Assembly (NCBI GenBank): GCA_052327205.1 | Contig: CM126208.1 | Coordinates: 82,460,001-82,524,000, forward strand | Length of the DNA: 64,000 nucleotides | Origin: Somniosus microcephalus | Taxonomy: Eukaryota | Reading direction: 5' to 3' | Part shown: positions 27,607 to 38,200 of the stretch, piece after piece | How the letters are laid out: each line of letters starts with the position of its first letter | How positions within the stretch are numbered: position 1 is the stretch's first letter | Position numbers and translations under genes: made by a program | Notes under the pieces: model-generated | Told to the model about the DNA's origin: nothing | Databases searched by the model: none | Seen by the model: the letters and a program-made list of their open reading frames with translations, nothing else

Positions 27607-27933
27607 CAGGAAACTTTGGTTTATCCGGAGGTTGTATGGCCGGAAACCTCGATCTAACGGCAGAAATCAGCAGCCGTTTTGTTAGGTTTTTTTTTCTTCT
27701 CCTAGCATTTTTTTTAAACAGTCAGTCTCTGGAAAGCCTCTCTGAAGCTGTTGCTAAGCTACAGAGACGCTTCCAAGGTACGGGCCGACTGTTTACAAGC
27801 TGTTGCTAAGCAACAGTGTTTGTTGTCAGATACAGAGATGAAAACCTCCGTATCCTTCAACATTAGCGCTGGTCTGTCCGGAAGTTTTCATAGATCGGCA
27901 TCACGTCGGTGCCGGATATCGCGAAGTTTCCTG
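27607..27933 (-). mobile_element. Same MITE family, copy 2, inverted relative to copy 1
   Basis: Reverse complement of 26621-26953 over its full length, with TA TSDs. Confidence 0.85.
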
Positions 27934-28621
27934 TACTAATACAGTATTTTGTAGGCTGTCAGAATCAACCTCAGTCCAGTATTTGTTTTCAATTTTTATT
28001 TAATGAATATATTTGGAACCGCTTATGCATGTTATACTAACATGGTGTTGAAACTAATATACTTTACGTGCTCCCTTTTTAATGTTCATGAGCCGTGAGT
28101 TTCCAGACTGCTGCTTATACAGTTAGTTAACACATGGCACCCTCTGTGCCAAAACAAAAGAAAACAGACAGGCATTAGGTGTTGCCTCAGAGATATTGTG
28201 TATTTGGTTCACATTGTGCCAGTGTCTTACCTGTACATTAGGTTTTTCTATCAAGTTTGTCTTTAGGGGCTTCATTACATTCCCTTTTCTCTTCATCTTT
28301 GTTTTTGGTAATATTTGAGTACTGAACTAGAAGACAATGTTGAAATGGAATTGGGCTCGTGCTTGATGCTAAGGAAGCATCTGTACGTCTTTGAGCCAAG
28401 AACAAAATGACAATCTCTCCACATTACTAATGAGATGACACCATCTGGAACATGCCTCCTTACAATTGTTTTGATCAGGGAATGATTAAAAGATGAAATG
28501 ACTGTTTTTGGCCACTAAAATTACCTTTTTGGAATGGTATGATGGTATTTAACAGTTCCTTGAGCAACTGATGCCCAGAGGAAGAAAAGAATAACACCAA
28601 TTCCTCTTTTGCCTCTGACAG

Positions 28622-28759
28622 ATCGCACTGAGAAGCGCTCCACAATGCCAGACTCACCTGCAGATGTAAAAACACAATCCAGGTTGACGCCTCCAACAAT
28701 GCCACCTCCTCCAACCAACCAAGGAGCACCTCGAACTAGCTCATTCACACCAACAACAT
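28622..28759 (+). CDS. RUNX1T1: RUNX1T1 common exon 2
   Basis: gacag|ATCGCACT...ACAT|gtaatt; [45 protein letters not shown]; 138 nt. Confidence 0.95.
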
Positions 28760-29551
28760 GTAATTAGAAATATTGTATTTTAAAATTCTGTTTCTACTTG
28801 TTTATCTATTTTAGTCTTTATCATTGCTATTCTCTTTTTGCTTTGCATAAAATTACAGAAAGTATTTTACCGTGGTGGGGAGGGGGAGGAAGAGAAGGTA
28901 AGCGAGAAACTGCCTGGTGGTACTACTGTGTAGATCATATGAGTATACAAGGTGTAAGCTGCAGAGAGAGTGCTGTACTATTAAGTTAACTGGCATCTCT
29001 GGGGCTTCCTATATAATACTGTTAAGTTAGTCTGAAAAGCTAAAACTCTTTGAATTAACTTCTGTTGCGGTTTAGGGGTTGAATTTATTTATTTATTTTA
29101 ATCCCTGTAATGCTTTAACCCTGACGGTCTCACTGGAGCTCTTCTGGCAGGTGCTTCGATAAATATAACCTCCGTACTTGGCCTAGTGTTGGGACTGTAC
29201 ACCTGTTTTACTTTAGACTGACAATGCTATTTTCAGATGTTTCCATGCTGTATGTGTCCTCCCCAGCAAATGCAAAGTAGAATTCAGCCTGGCCGTATTC
29301 AGTGCTGTGTAGCATATGTAAGAAGTAGAATTCTTCTTCTGGAACTTTTAGCTGTACACTTAACTAAGACATGCTACACAGCACACAGTTGTTGCTGGCC
29401 TGTTTGACGTATGGTGGAAGAAATTTTCACTGTCATTGTTTGCAAGGTTATTGCTTTTAAAGCATGCTCTCTTTGTATCTGTTATTAATGTGTGGAGCCA
29501 TCTATTCTCAACAGACACAGGCCTAATTTATTTTTATTCCTCTTGTTACAG

Positions 29552-29793
29552 TAACAAATGGCAGCAGTCACTCGCCCACTGCATTGAATGGGGCACCATC
29601 TCCTCCAAATGGCTTCAGTAATGGAACCTCCTCTTCTTCCTCTTCCTCACTGGCAAATCAGCAGCTGCCACCAGCCTGTGGTGCTCGACAGCTCAGTAAG
29701 CTGAAAAGATTTCTAACGACCTTGCAACAATTCGGCAATGATATTTCACCGGAAATTGGGGAGAGAGTGCGAACCTTGGTGCTTGGGTTAGTG
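29552..29793 (+). CDS. RUNX1T1: RUNX1T1 exon 3 (start of NHR1/TAFH)
   Basis: tacag|TAACA...GTG|gtaagt; [67 protein letters not shown]; 242 nt. Confidence 0.97.
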
Positions 29794-30267
29794 GTAAGTA
29801 GGGAATACAAAACTGTTTCAAGTTCTTTGCCACACACCTCATAGTATATCGATGTATGTTTGTGTAAAAAGTCAGTTCTCTAGTTACTGCACTTGTACTG
29901 GCATCTGACTCTCTCAAAACTGCCCCAGTATTTTTGATCAAATTGTGCGATTCAGAATCATTCCTGTACCAAAAACACAGGGCTTTAACTCTCCAGCTCA
30001 GTATCAAAATGCATACAGTGGAGGGGAAAATGCATACCTCGTGCTGTAAGTGACATTAAATTACATACCCCACAAGCTAAGTTGTTTTATTTATAGAGAA
30101 CACTGCAGTGATCAGACTGAGAGACTAAAAATCAAATGGTCTAAAACTTTGTCCATTTTGAATATTATTACTTCAGGCAAATAGCAATATAGAGTAACTG
30201 GTCACAGGTGTGTGACTGTGATTTTCTTTATTCCTCTCCTCTTACTCTTCTCTTTCCTGAAGATAGT

Positions 30268-30389
30268 GGGGGTGAAATTGATCGTGCAAAATTGGTGCTA
30301 GCAAATCAGCAGCCCGTTTTGCACGCAGCCGGAAACTAAAAATTTGACTAGGTTCACTATTGGCCATTTTCAAGACCACTTTCACCCCC
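30268..30389. mobile_element. 122-bp PIF/Harbinger-like MITE
   Basis: GGGGGTGAAA...TTTCACCCCC ends with a 3-bp AGT duplication, inserted in the LF-SINE. Confidence 0.65.
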
Positions 30390-30576
30390 AGTGACTCATG
30401 CTTGTATATATTTGCATAGCCATTAGTAGCTTTCCAGTACTACAACCAACTGGTCATTGCTCACATTCGATAGTGAGTGTTGTGCTATTTGGCTGTGGCA
30501 GCCATCAGAAATTGGCCTGATGCTGTCTTCTCCTGACATTCGCACAAGAACGTTTCCAGTAGTGATCATCAGCGAG

Positions 30577-30905
30577 TGCTCAGTAGAGTAAATAGGAGAA
30601 ACTGTTTCCACTGGCAGGAGGGTCGGTAACCCGAGGACACGGATATGAGGTCATTGGCAAAAGAACCAGAGGGGAGACGAAGAGAATTTTCTTTTAAGCA
30701 GCGAGTTATGATGATCTGGCTTGCACTGCATGAAATGGTGGTGGAAACAGATTGACTAGTAACTTTCAAAAGGGAATTGGATATATAATTAGATAAGGAA
30801 AGATTTGCGAGGCTGTAGGGTAAGAGCAGAGTAGTGGGACTAAATGGATAATTCTTTTGAAGAGCAGGCACGATGGGCCGAATGACCTCCTTCTGTGCTG
30901 TATTT
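30577..30905 (+). mobile_element. CR1 3' fragment
   Basis: Decayed LFPLA..TRGH..FFKQRV; tail GATGGGCCGAATGACCTCCTTCTGTGCTGTA. Confidence 0.75.
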
Positions 30906-31254
30906 TATAATCATTTGCAGGAACTCTAGGTGACTGACTGACTAATTTTCACTTGCCTTAGTCTGGAGACATGGAAGCTAATGTCGTCCCCCGCCTCTGC
31001 TGCTCCAATTGTGATTAGTTAACTTGCTGCAGACTAGGGCACCATAACACATTGCGAATTATGCCCTGAGACATCGGGACAACTTTAATTTCTTTTTGGA
31101 AGGAGGTGTTATAAAGAATGGTGTCTCATAGCTGTAGCATGTACCTACTAGACTAACTTATTTGATAAACTAACTGCATTAGAATGTAATGTTGTTAGCT
31201 GGTTCAGTATCTTATTATTAAGTTAGTGGAGTGGAATGGAATGATTCTATCAAA

Positions 31255-31622
31255 CTTGCAATATGCTGAGTGGGTAAATACTTCAGGTCATATGTTACTG
31301 AGCCATACATGCCAAAAGATGTGAACTCTGCCTGGTGCTAAATTAGTTGATGTCAGCTCAGACAATGGAGGCACTGCAGTTGGCGGAATTCCTGATGTAG
31401 AGAAGGGAAATATGAGCCAGAATACCCACTTCTGATGCACGTGCTGAAAATGTGTGTGCAGATTCTGGTGATCGGACTCTTTTGTGATGGCCCCACTGCT
31501 GAATAGCCTGCTCTTGCTATTCAGGCTCACACATGATGGATAATCAATTTGGTTAAGTTATTGGAGGGCTTATGGAACTGTACCCCAGCATAAGTCAGTA
31601 TCTTCAGGAAAAGAGGGTAAGG
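31255..31622 (+). mobile_element. LF-SINE-like element
   Basis: ACTGAGCCATAC..TTAGTTGATGTCAGC..GAATAGCCTGC..AGGCTCACACATGA..GGAACTGTACCCCAGCATAAGTCAG..CTTCAGGA follows the LF-SINE block order. Confidence 0.6.
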
Positions 31623-31844
31623 AGAGATATTTGGAGAAGAAAAGCAACTTTTGATGCACTTAACTAGTGTGTGCTTATTGAGGCGAAAGCTCATGAGAAT
31701 TCATAGCTGTGAAAGTCTTTTGTGCTCTTGATGGCCGTTATCCAGAGAGAAGAATTGGCTGGTATTTACTTAATGTTTCAAGCTTAGGTTGTCTAAACTG
31801 TTACCCACAGTCTCGTGTACCCTGGTGACTCGCTGTAGGCTGTT

Positions 31845-32222
31845 TTTTTTAATTCATTCACGGGATGTGGACGTCGTCGGCATGGCCAGCATTTATTGCC
31901 CATTAATTGCCCTTGAGAAGGTGGTGGTGAGCTGCCTTTTTGAATACAATGGAGTGGCTTGCTAGGCTATTTCAGGGGGAAGTTTAGAGTCAGCCACATT
32001 GCTGTGGGTCTGGAGTCACATATAGGCCAGACCTGGTAAGGACGGCAGATTTCCTTCCAAAGGACATTAGTGAACTAGATGGGTTTTTACGACAATCTGG
32101 TAGTTTTATGGTCACCTTTTTATTTAATTAATTGAATTTAAATTGGATTTGAACTCATGTCTCCAGATTATTAGTTCAGGCCTCTGGATTACTCGTCCAG
32201 TAACATAACCACTATGCTACCA
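31845..32222 (-). mobile_element. tRNA-headed SINE
   Basis: On the minus strand: A box TAGCATAGTGG and B box GAGTTCAAATCC; tail CAGCATTTATTGC shared with the LINE at 51665. Confidence 0.65.
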
Positions 32223-32530
32223 TAACATTCCCAGTGCCTGCTCCATTTCAAGTTTAGGTTATATTTCTTGTTTTTGGGACTTATTGCAATGATACACTTA
32301 GAGGGAGCAACTCTAAGAATGGATATTTCCAAAGTAGGAATTGCTTATGCTGCTGGACTCACTTATTTGAAATATAATGTGAAATTATTATGGAACAGCA
32401 AATTCAAACAGCTAATTTGTAAGTTAACTGGGATGGGGAGATGCTGTTATGTCTTTAATTGCACAAAATTAATCTACAAAAGTTGCAGACTAGTTTAGTT
32501 TAATTTTAGCAGTTTTAGTGAGTGACACAG

Positions 32531-33775
32531 CAACAACAACAACTTGTATTTATATAGTACCTTTAACATAGTAAAATGTCCCAAGGTGCTTCACAGGAGC
32601 ATTGTCAAACAAAATTTGACACTGAGCCACATAAGGAGAAATTAGGGCAGATGACCAAAAAATTGGTCAAAGAATTATGTTTTAAGGAACATCTTAAAGG
32701 AGGAAAGAGAGATAGAGATGCGGAGAGGTTTAAGGAGGGAATTCCAGAGCTTAGGAGTGGCAATTGAAGATATGGCCACCAGTGGTTGAGCGATTAAAAA
32801 TCAGGGATGCTGAAGAGACCAGAATTAGAGGAGCACAGATATCTCGGGATTGGGGGGTGTGGGGGCATGGTGGTGCTGTGGGGCTGGGGGAGATTACAGA
32901 GATAGGGAGGGACGAGGCTATGGAGGGATTTCAAAATCGAGACGTTGCTTAACCGGGAGCCAATGTAGGTCAGCGAGCACAGGGGTGATGAGTGAACGGG
33001 ACTTCATGCGAGTTAGATCACGGGCAGCTGAGTTTTCAGTGACCTCAAGTTTACCTAGGGTAGAACATGGGAGGCTAGCCAGGAGTGCATTGGAATGGTC
33101 AAGTCTAGAGGTAACAAAGACATGGATGAGGTTTTCAGCAGCAGGTGAGCTGAGGCAAGGGCAGAGACGGGCAATGTTACGGAGGTGGAAATAGGCGGCC
33201 TTAGTTATGCCGTGGATATGTGGTCGGAAGCTCACTTCAGGGTTAAATATGACACCAAGGTTGCAAACAGTTTGGTTCAGCCTCAGACAGATGCTAGGGA
33301 ATGGAGTTTGTGGTGGGGACCGAAGTCAATGGCTTCAGTATTCCCAATATTTAAGTGGAGGAAATTTCTGCTCATCCTGTACTGCATGTTAGACAAACAG
33401 TCTGATCATTTAGAAACAGTGGAGGAGTTGAGAGACGTGGTGGTGAGGTAGAGCTGGGTGTCCTCATCGTATGATGTGGAAACTGAGGCTGTGTTTTCGG
33501 ATGATGTCGCCGAGGGGCAGCATATAGATGAGAAATAGGAGGGGGCCAAGGATAGTTCCTTGGGGGACACCAGAGGTAACAATGTGGGAGTGGAAAGAGA
33601 AACCTTTAGGTGATTCTCTGGCTACAATTAGATAGATAAGAATGGAACCAGGCGAGTGCAGTACCATCCAGCTGGACGACGGTGGAGAGGCATTGGAGGA
33701 TGGAGTGGTCAACCATGTCAAAGGCTGCAGACAGGATGAGGAGGGATAGTTTACGTTTGTCGCAGTCACATAAGA
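32531..33775 (-). mobile_element. L2-type LINE 3' fragment (RT and C-terminus)
   Basis: Minus-strand ORFs [21 protein letters not shown] and AYFHLRNIARL..FVTSRLDHSNALL..ITPVLADLHWLPV; (TTG)n L2 tail at 32531. Confidence 0.85.
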
Positions 33776-34427
33776 TGCAGCATTAACTTGAGTATTCCTT
33801 GAATGGTATTTATATGGTAATTATTCACCAAGGGGCTAGCTAATAGGAGAATGAGTGATCCACTAATAAAAAGTTTAGGCACGGCAGGATAGATTTTCTT
33901 CTTCTGTTTCCCCCCTCACTTGCATCCCATCATAATTTCTTGGGTGTTCCCCAAAGTTCGTGACTGGGTTTGTGCATGGTGTAATGGAGTGGGTGTTCCC
34001 AGCCTCCCACTTCAGTTTCTATTTGACATCTGCTAAAATCTGTGGTAAAGGCCTGCCTGTTAGTTTTCTCCGTCCCTCCCCCCAGGATAGTCTAAAAGCC
34101 TCAGGATGTTGCTCCCTGGCAGCAGTTCAGAAGGACTCGCTGACAGGAGTTCTTCTGTGCTCTGATTTCCTCCCATATGTTTGGATGAGCTTGCACTTGT
34201 AGTACACCTGGGCTGGAAAATGTGTGCACTTGCAATTTCATAGGTGCAGCACACCTAAGGTGACCTGAGGCTGTCGGCTGCCCAGCTAGTGCCCATAGAG
34301 GAAAATCGACTCTTGTAAACCTCACAGAAAGGGTGCAGTGTAGCATGGTCTGAATTAAATGTAAGCATTTGGGCTCTGCTGGCCTTCCACATCATAAGAT
34401 CATGAATTCTTTACTTGGAGAATCCAT

Positions 34428-34616
34428 TCACTAAAACAGATTATTTGGTCATTATCACACTGCTGTTTGTGGGAGCTTGCTGTGCGCAAATTGGCTGCCA
34501 TGCTTCCTACATTACAACAGTGACTACACTTCAAAAGTACTTAATTGGCTGTAAAGCACTTTGGGACGTCCGGTGGCCGTGAAAGGCACTATATAAATGC
34601 AAGTTTTTCTTTTTTC
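34428..34616 (+). mobile_element. Deu-domain SINE 3' portion
   Basis: Matches 1190-1360 (AAAACAGATTAT..GGGAGCTTGCTGTGCGCAAATTGG..GGCACTATATAAATGC). Confidence 0.75.
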
Positions 34617-34960
34617 AATTACTGGTTGGATGTTAACTTAACATGCCTTATGGCTGTTTTTCTTCATGGATAGAAATAGAGTATGTAGGAAAATTACAGC
34701 ATTTTAGCCAATATCTGAAAGACCGAGGTTAAGATTTTGATGCCTTGCATCAGAACTCTTATCATGGCACTGCAATTTGAGGATTAAAATTACGTTTTAT
34801 TGTTTTTCCTTTTATGAGGGGTTAGGGGAAAGAAACAAGCAAACTTGTTCTGTGGTGTCTATCAGTGTTGCCCTATAACTGGGGTGATGCATCCTTCAGT
34901 TTTACCCACCCTTTATGAACAGGCAGCTTGCTCCCTCTTGAGGCTTAACCCTGAATTATT

Positions 34961-35080
34961 TGCCCAGAATTTCCTCTGAGCCACTCCTGCTCCGCCGCCA
35001 TAACTTCACCGGAAGCTCTGCCGAAATCCCGTTCACTGCCAGCCGTCTGGCGAAGTTATGGCCGTGGAGCGAGAGCAGAT
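34961..35080. mobile_element. Truncated palindromic MITE fragment
   Basis: GCCCAGAATTT end and internal inverted repeat GCCATAACTTC / GAAGTTATGGC. Confidence 0.4.
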
Positions 35081-35217
35081 AAAAATGTAGCATTTGAGAT
35101 TAAGGGAGGGTGAGCGTTTTGGACTTTTTTAGGAAGAAAATGGGAGAATGTTAATTTCAGAAGTCCTAACGTGTGGATATTTGTTAAGTCTCAAAGGTGA
35201 TCCAAGCAATATGGGTC

Positions 35218-36828
35218 AGTGGTTAGCGGTTTTAGCGGGCTTAAAAGTGGATAAATCCCCAGGCCCTGACTGGATGTATCCCAGGCTGCTGTGTGAAGCA
35301 AAGGAGGAGATTGCAGGGGCTCTGACACAAATTTTCAGAACCTCTCTGGCCACAGGGGAGGTGCCAGAGGATTGGAGGACAGCTAACGTAGAACCATTAT
35401 TCAAGAAGGGTAGTAGGGATAAACCAGGGAATTACAGGCCAGTGAGCCGAACATCAGTGGTAGGGAAATTATTGGAAAAATTTCTGAGGGACAGAATTAG
35501 TCTCCACTTGGAGAGGCAGGGATTAATCAGGGATAGTCAGCATGGCTTTGTCAGGGGAAGATCATGCCTGACCAATTTCATTGAATTTTTCGAGGGGGTG
35601 ACTAGATGTGTAGATGAGGGTAGTGCAGTTGATGTAGTCTACATGGACTTCAGTAAGGCTTTTGACAAAGTCCCACATGGGAGACTGGTCAAGAAGGTAA
35701 GAGCCCATGGGATCCAGGGCAATTTGGCACTTTGGATCCAAAATTGGCTTAGTGGCAGGAGGCAGAGGGTGATGGTCGAAGGTTGTTTTTGTGACTGGAA
35801 GCCTGTGTCCAGTGGTTACCGCAGGGATCGGTGCTGGGTCCTTTGCTGTTTGTAGTGTACATTAATGATTTAGATATGAATGTAGGAGGTATGATCAGTA
35901 AGTTCGCAGATGACACACAAATTGGTGGAGTGGTAAATAGCGAGGAGGGAAGCCTCAGGCTACAGGACGATATAGATGGGTTGGTTAGATGGGCAGAAAA
36001 GTACAAATGGAATTTAACCCTGAAAAGTGTGAGGTGATGCATTTTGGGAGGACTAACAAGGCAAGGGAATACACAATGAATGGTAGGATCCTAGGAAGGA
36101 CAAAGGATCAGAGGGACCTTGGTGTGCATGTACATAGATCCCTGAAGGCAGCAGGACAGGTAGATAAGGTGGTTAAAAAGGCATATGGGATACTTGCCTT
36201 CATTAACCGAGGCATAGAATATAAGAACAGGGAGGTTATGATGGAGCTGTACAAAACGCTAGTTAGGCTACAGCTGGAATACTGTGTGCAGTTCTGGTCG
36301 CCACACTATAGGAGAGATGTGATTGCTTTGGAGAGGGTGCAGAGGAGATTCACCAGGATGTTACCTGGGCTGGAGTGCTTCAGCTATGAAGAGAGACTGG
36401 ACAAGGACAGGCCGGGGTTGTTTTCCTTAGAGCAGAGAAGGCTGAGGGGGGACCTGATTGAGGTGTACAAAATTATGAGGGGCATAGATAGGGTAGATAG
36501 AAAGGAACTTTTCCCCTTAGTAGAGGGGTCAATAACCAGGGGGCATAGTTTCAAGGTAAGGGGCAGGAGGCTTAGGGCGGATTTGAGGAAAAACTTTTTC
36601 ACCCAGAGGGTGGTTGGAATCTGGAACTCACTGCCTGAAAGGGTGGTAGAGGCAGGAACCCTCACAACATTCAAGAAGCATTTAGATGAGCACTTGAAAT
36701 GCCATAGCATACAAGGCTACGGACCAAGTGCTGGAAAATGGGATTAGAATAGACCGGGCTTGATGGCCAGCGCAGACACGATGGGCCGAAGGGCCTCTTT
36801 CTGTGCTGTATAACTCTATGACTCTATG
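35218..36828 (+). mobile_element. CR1 LINE, 5'-truncated, RT domain with frameshifts
   Basis: ORFs 35148, 35831 and 35989: KSPGPD, NYRPVS, QHGF, DFSKAFDKV, LGPLLF, KFADDT; (ACTCTATG)n tail. Confidence 0.92.
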
Positions 36829-36986
36829 TTCAAGGCTCATTAAGTTGCAAGGGAGCATAACTGCAACCTGTACTAGATTATCAAGAAGTAAAGACTCTTG
36901 CTTGCCAAGTGAGTAGCAGGAATTTGATGTAGACTCACTATCAAAATAAGAAAGGAACATGGGTGTATTCTCCACTTGAAAACTAA

Positions 36987-37806
36987 GGGGTCGATTTTCC
37001 TGGAGCCGTCAGGTGGGGTTTCAGGCGTGTGCGGGGGGGGGGGGGGGGGAAATCCCGAATTTGGGGTTTCCGACACCATCCCGCCCAAAACCCCGCCTCA
37101 CGCAAGTTTCAGGGGCAGCGGGTACCCGCCCCGCACTGGGACCTGCCGAAACCAGGCGGGAAGGGATTAGTGTCAATTAACTGCCTGTTAACAGGCAGTT
37201 TTTAGCCTAATCCCTATTTTGAGGGGTTTCGTGTGGGATTCCCGACAGCTCCAAACCACGCCAGGTTAGAGCAGGTGGGCCGTCGAGTTGGAGGGGTCGC
37301 GATGTCGGTGCTCAGGTGAGTGATGGGTGCACTCATGCACCCATCAGTGTGTTTGGTGTGTCTAAAGTGTGTAAAGAACTTTTACTTACCTTAACAGCCT
37401 TTCTTCCTGTAGCCGTCGGGAGCCCATCACTCAATCGGCACTTAAAGCTGAACGGCTGTGATCTGTGAAATGTGACAGCCTTCAGCTTTGAGTGCTGCTG
37501 AGAGTTCTAACTGAGTCTGTGCCGAAGGACTCATGTTAGAACTCAGACTGTCAGTGTTTCACAGCTTCAAACAGCTGTGAAACACTGATATTTCATCTGT
37601 CAAGAACTCTTGACAGATGAAATTGCAGTCTGTGACGTCACCTGTTGCCGGGTGGCCCTTAATTGGCCTGCTGAGCCCGCTGGGCAGCTTCGACAAGGTC
37701 AATCAAGGGAAAATCGCGCGGATTGGCCGGACATCGAAGTAGGCGGGTCTAAAACCTAAAAGTTGTAGTCCGCCTTCTTCCCGACAGCTTCAGGAAAATC
37801 AACCCC
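36987..37806. mobile_element. 820-bp non-autonomous PIF/Harbinger-like TIR element
   Basis: TAA|GGGGTCGATTTTCCTGGAGCCGTC ... GACAGCTTCAGGAAAATCAACCCC|TAG; no coding capacity; many internal hairpins. Confidence 0.75.
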
Positions 37807-37859
37807 TAGGTGTACAGAATAAAAATACAAAACTTCAATGGTTTAGTTATAAATGCACC

Positions 37860-38200
37860 ACATTGTATGGTTACAGCACTAAGTCATATAGAGATGCAGG
37901 AAGGTTCTAATACAATCCTTGAGCTGATGTAGCTGATTTATGTAGTGGAGGGGGCCATAGCAATTGGCATCAGTGACCCCAAGTTAAAGAGAGGAAAACT
38001 TGCCAGATTTCTTGCTCCTAATCGTTACCATTGACCCCTGCTCAGTTTATGCACATACAGATGTCAGATGAGGACATAATTGAGCTCTGGTATGATGGGC
38101 CTCACAATTGAATAGTAAGTCAACAATCACTGTCCAGGTTGTTGTGTAAGGAATAGCTACTTGGGTAAGGTACCAACAGCAATGGAAAAGATGAATAAGG
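37860..38200 (+). mobile_element. LF-SINE-like element
   Basis: CAATTGGCATCAGTGACCCC..GCTCCTAATCG..TGACCCCTGCT..GATGAGGACA..GAATAG..ACTTGGGTAAGGTACC. Confidence 0.6.

Larger units (their letters stand above)
30245..31080 (-). mobile_element. LF-SINE-like element interrupted by a MITE and a CR1 fragment
   Basis: Segments resemble the reverse complement of the LF-SINE consensus as I recall it (CCTGAAG..TGACTCATGCT; CTGTCTTCTCCTGAC; TTTCCAG; GAACTCTAGG) and of the + copies at 31255 and 37860. Confidence 0.55.

Noticed and set aside
37162-37633. CRISPR-like or attC-like array
   Set aside because: The hairpins are not repeats of one unit, and the context is a vertebrate intron.
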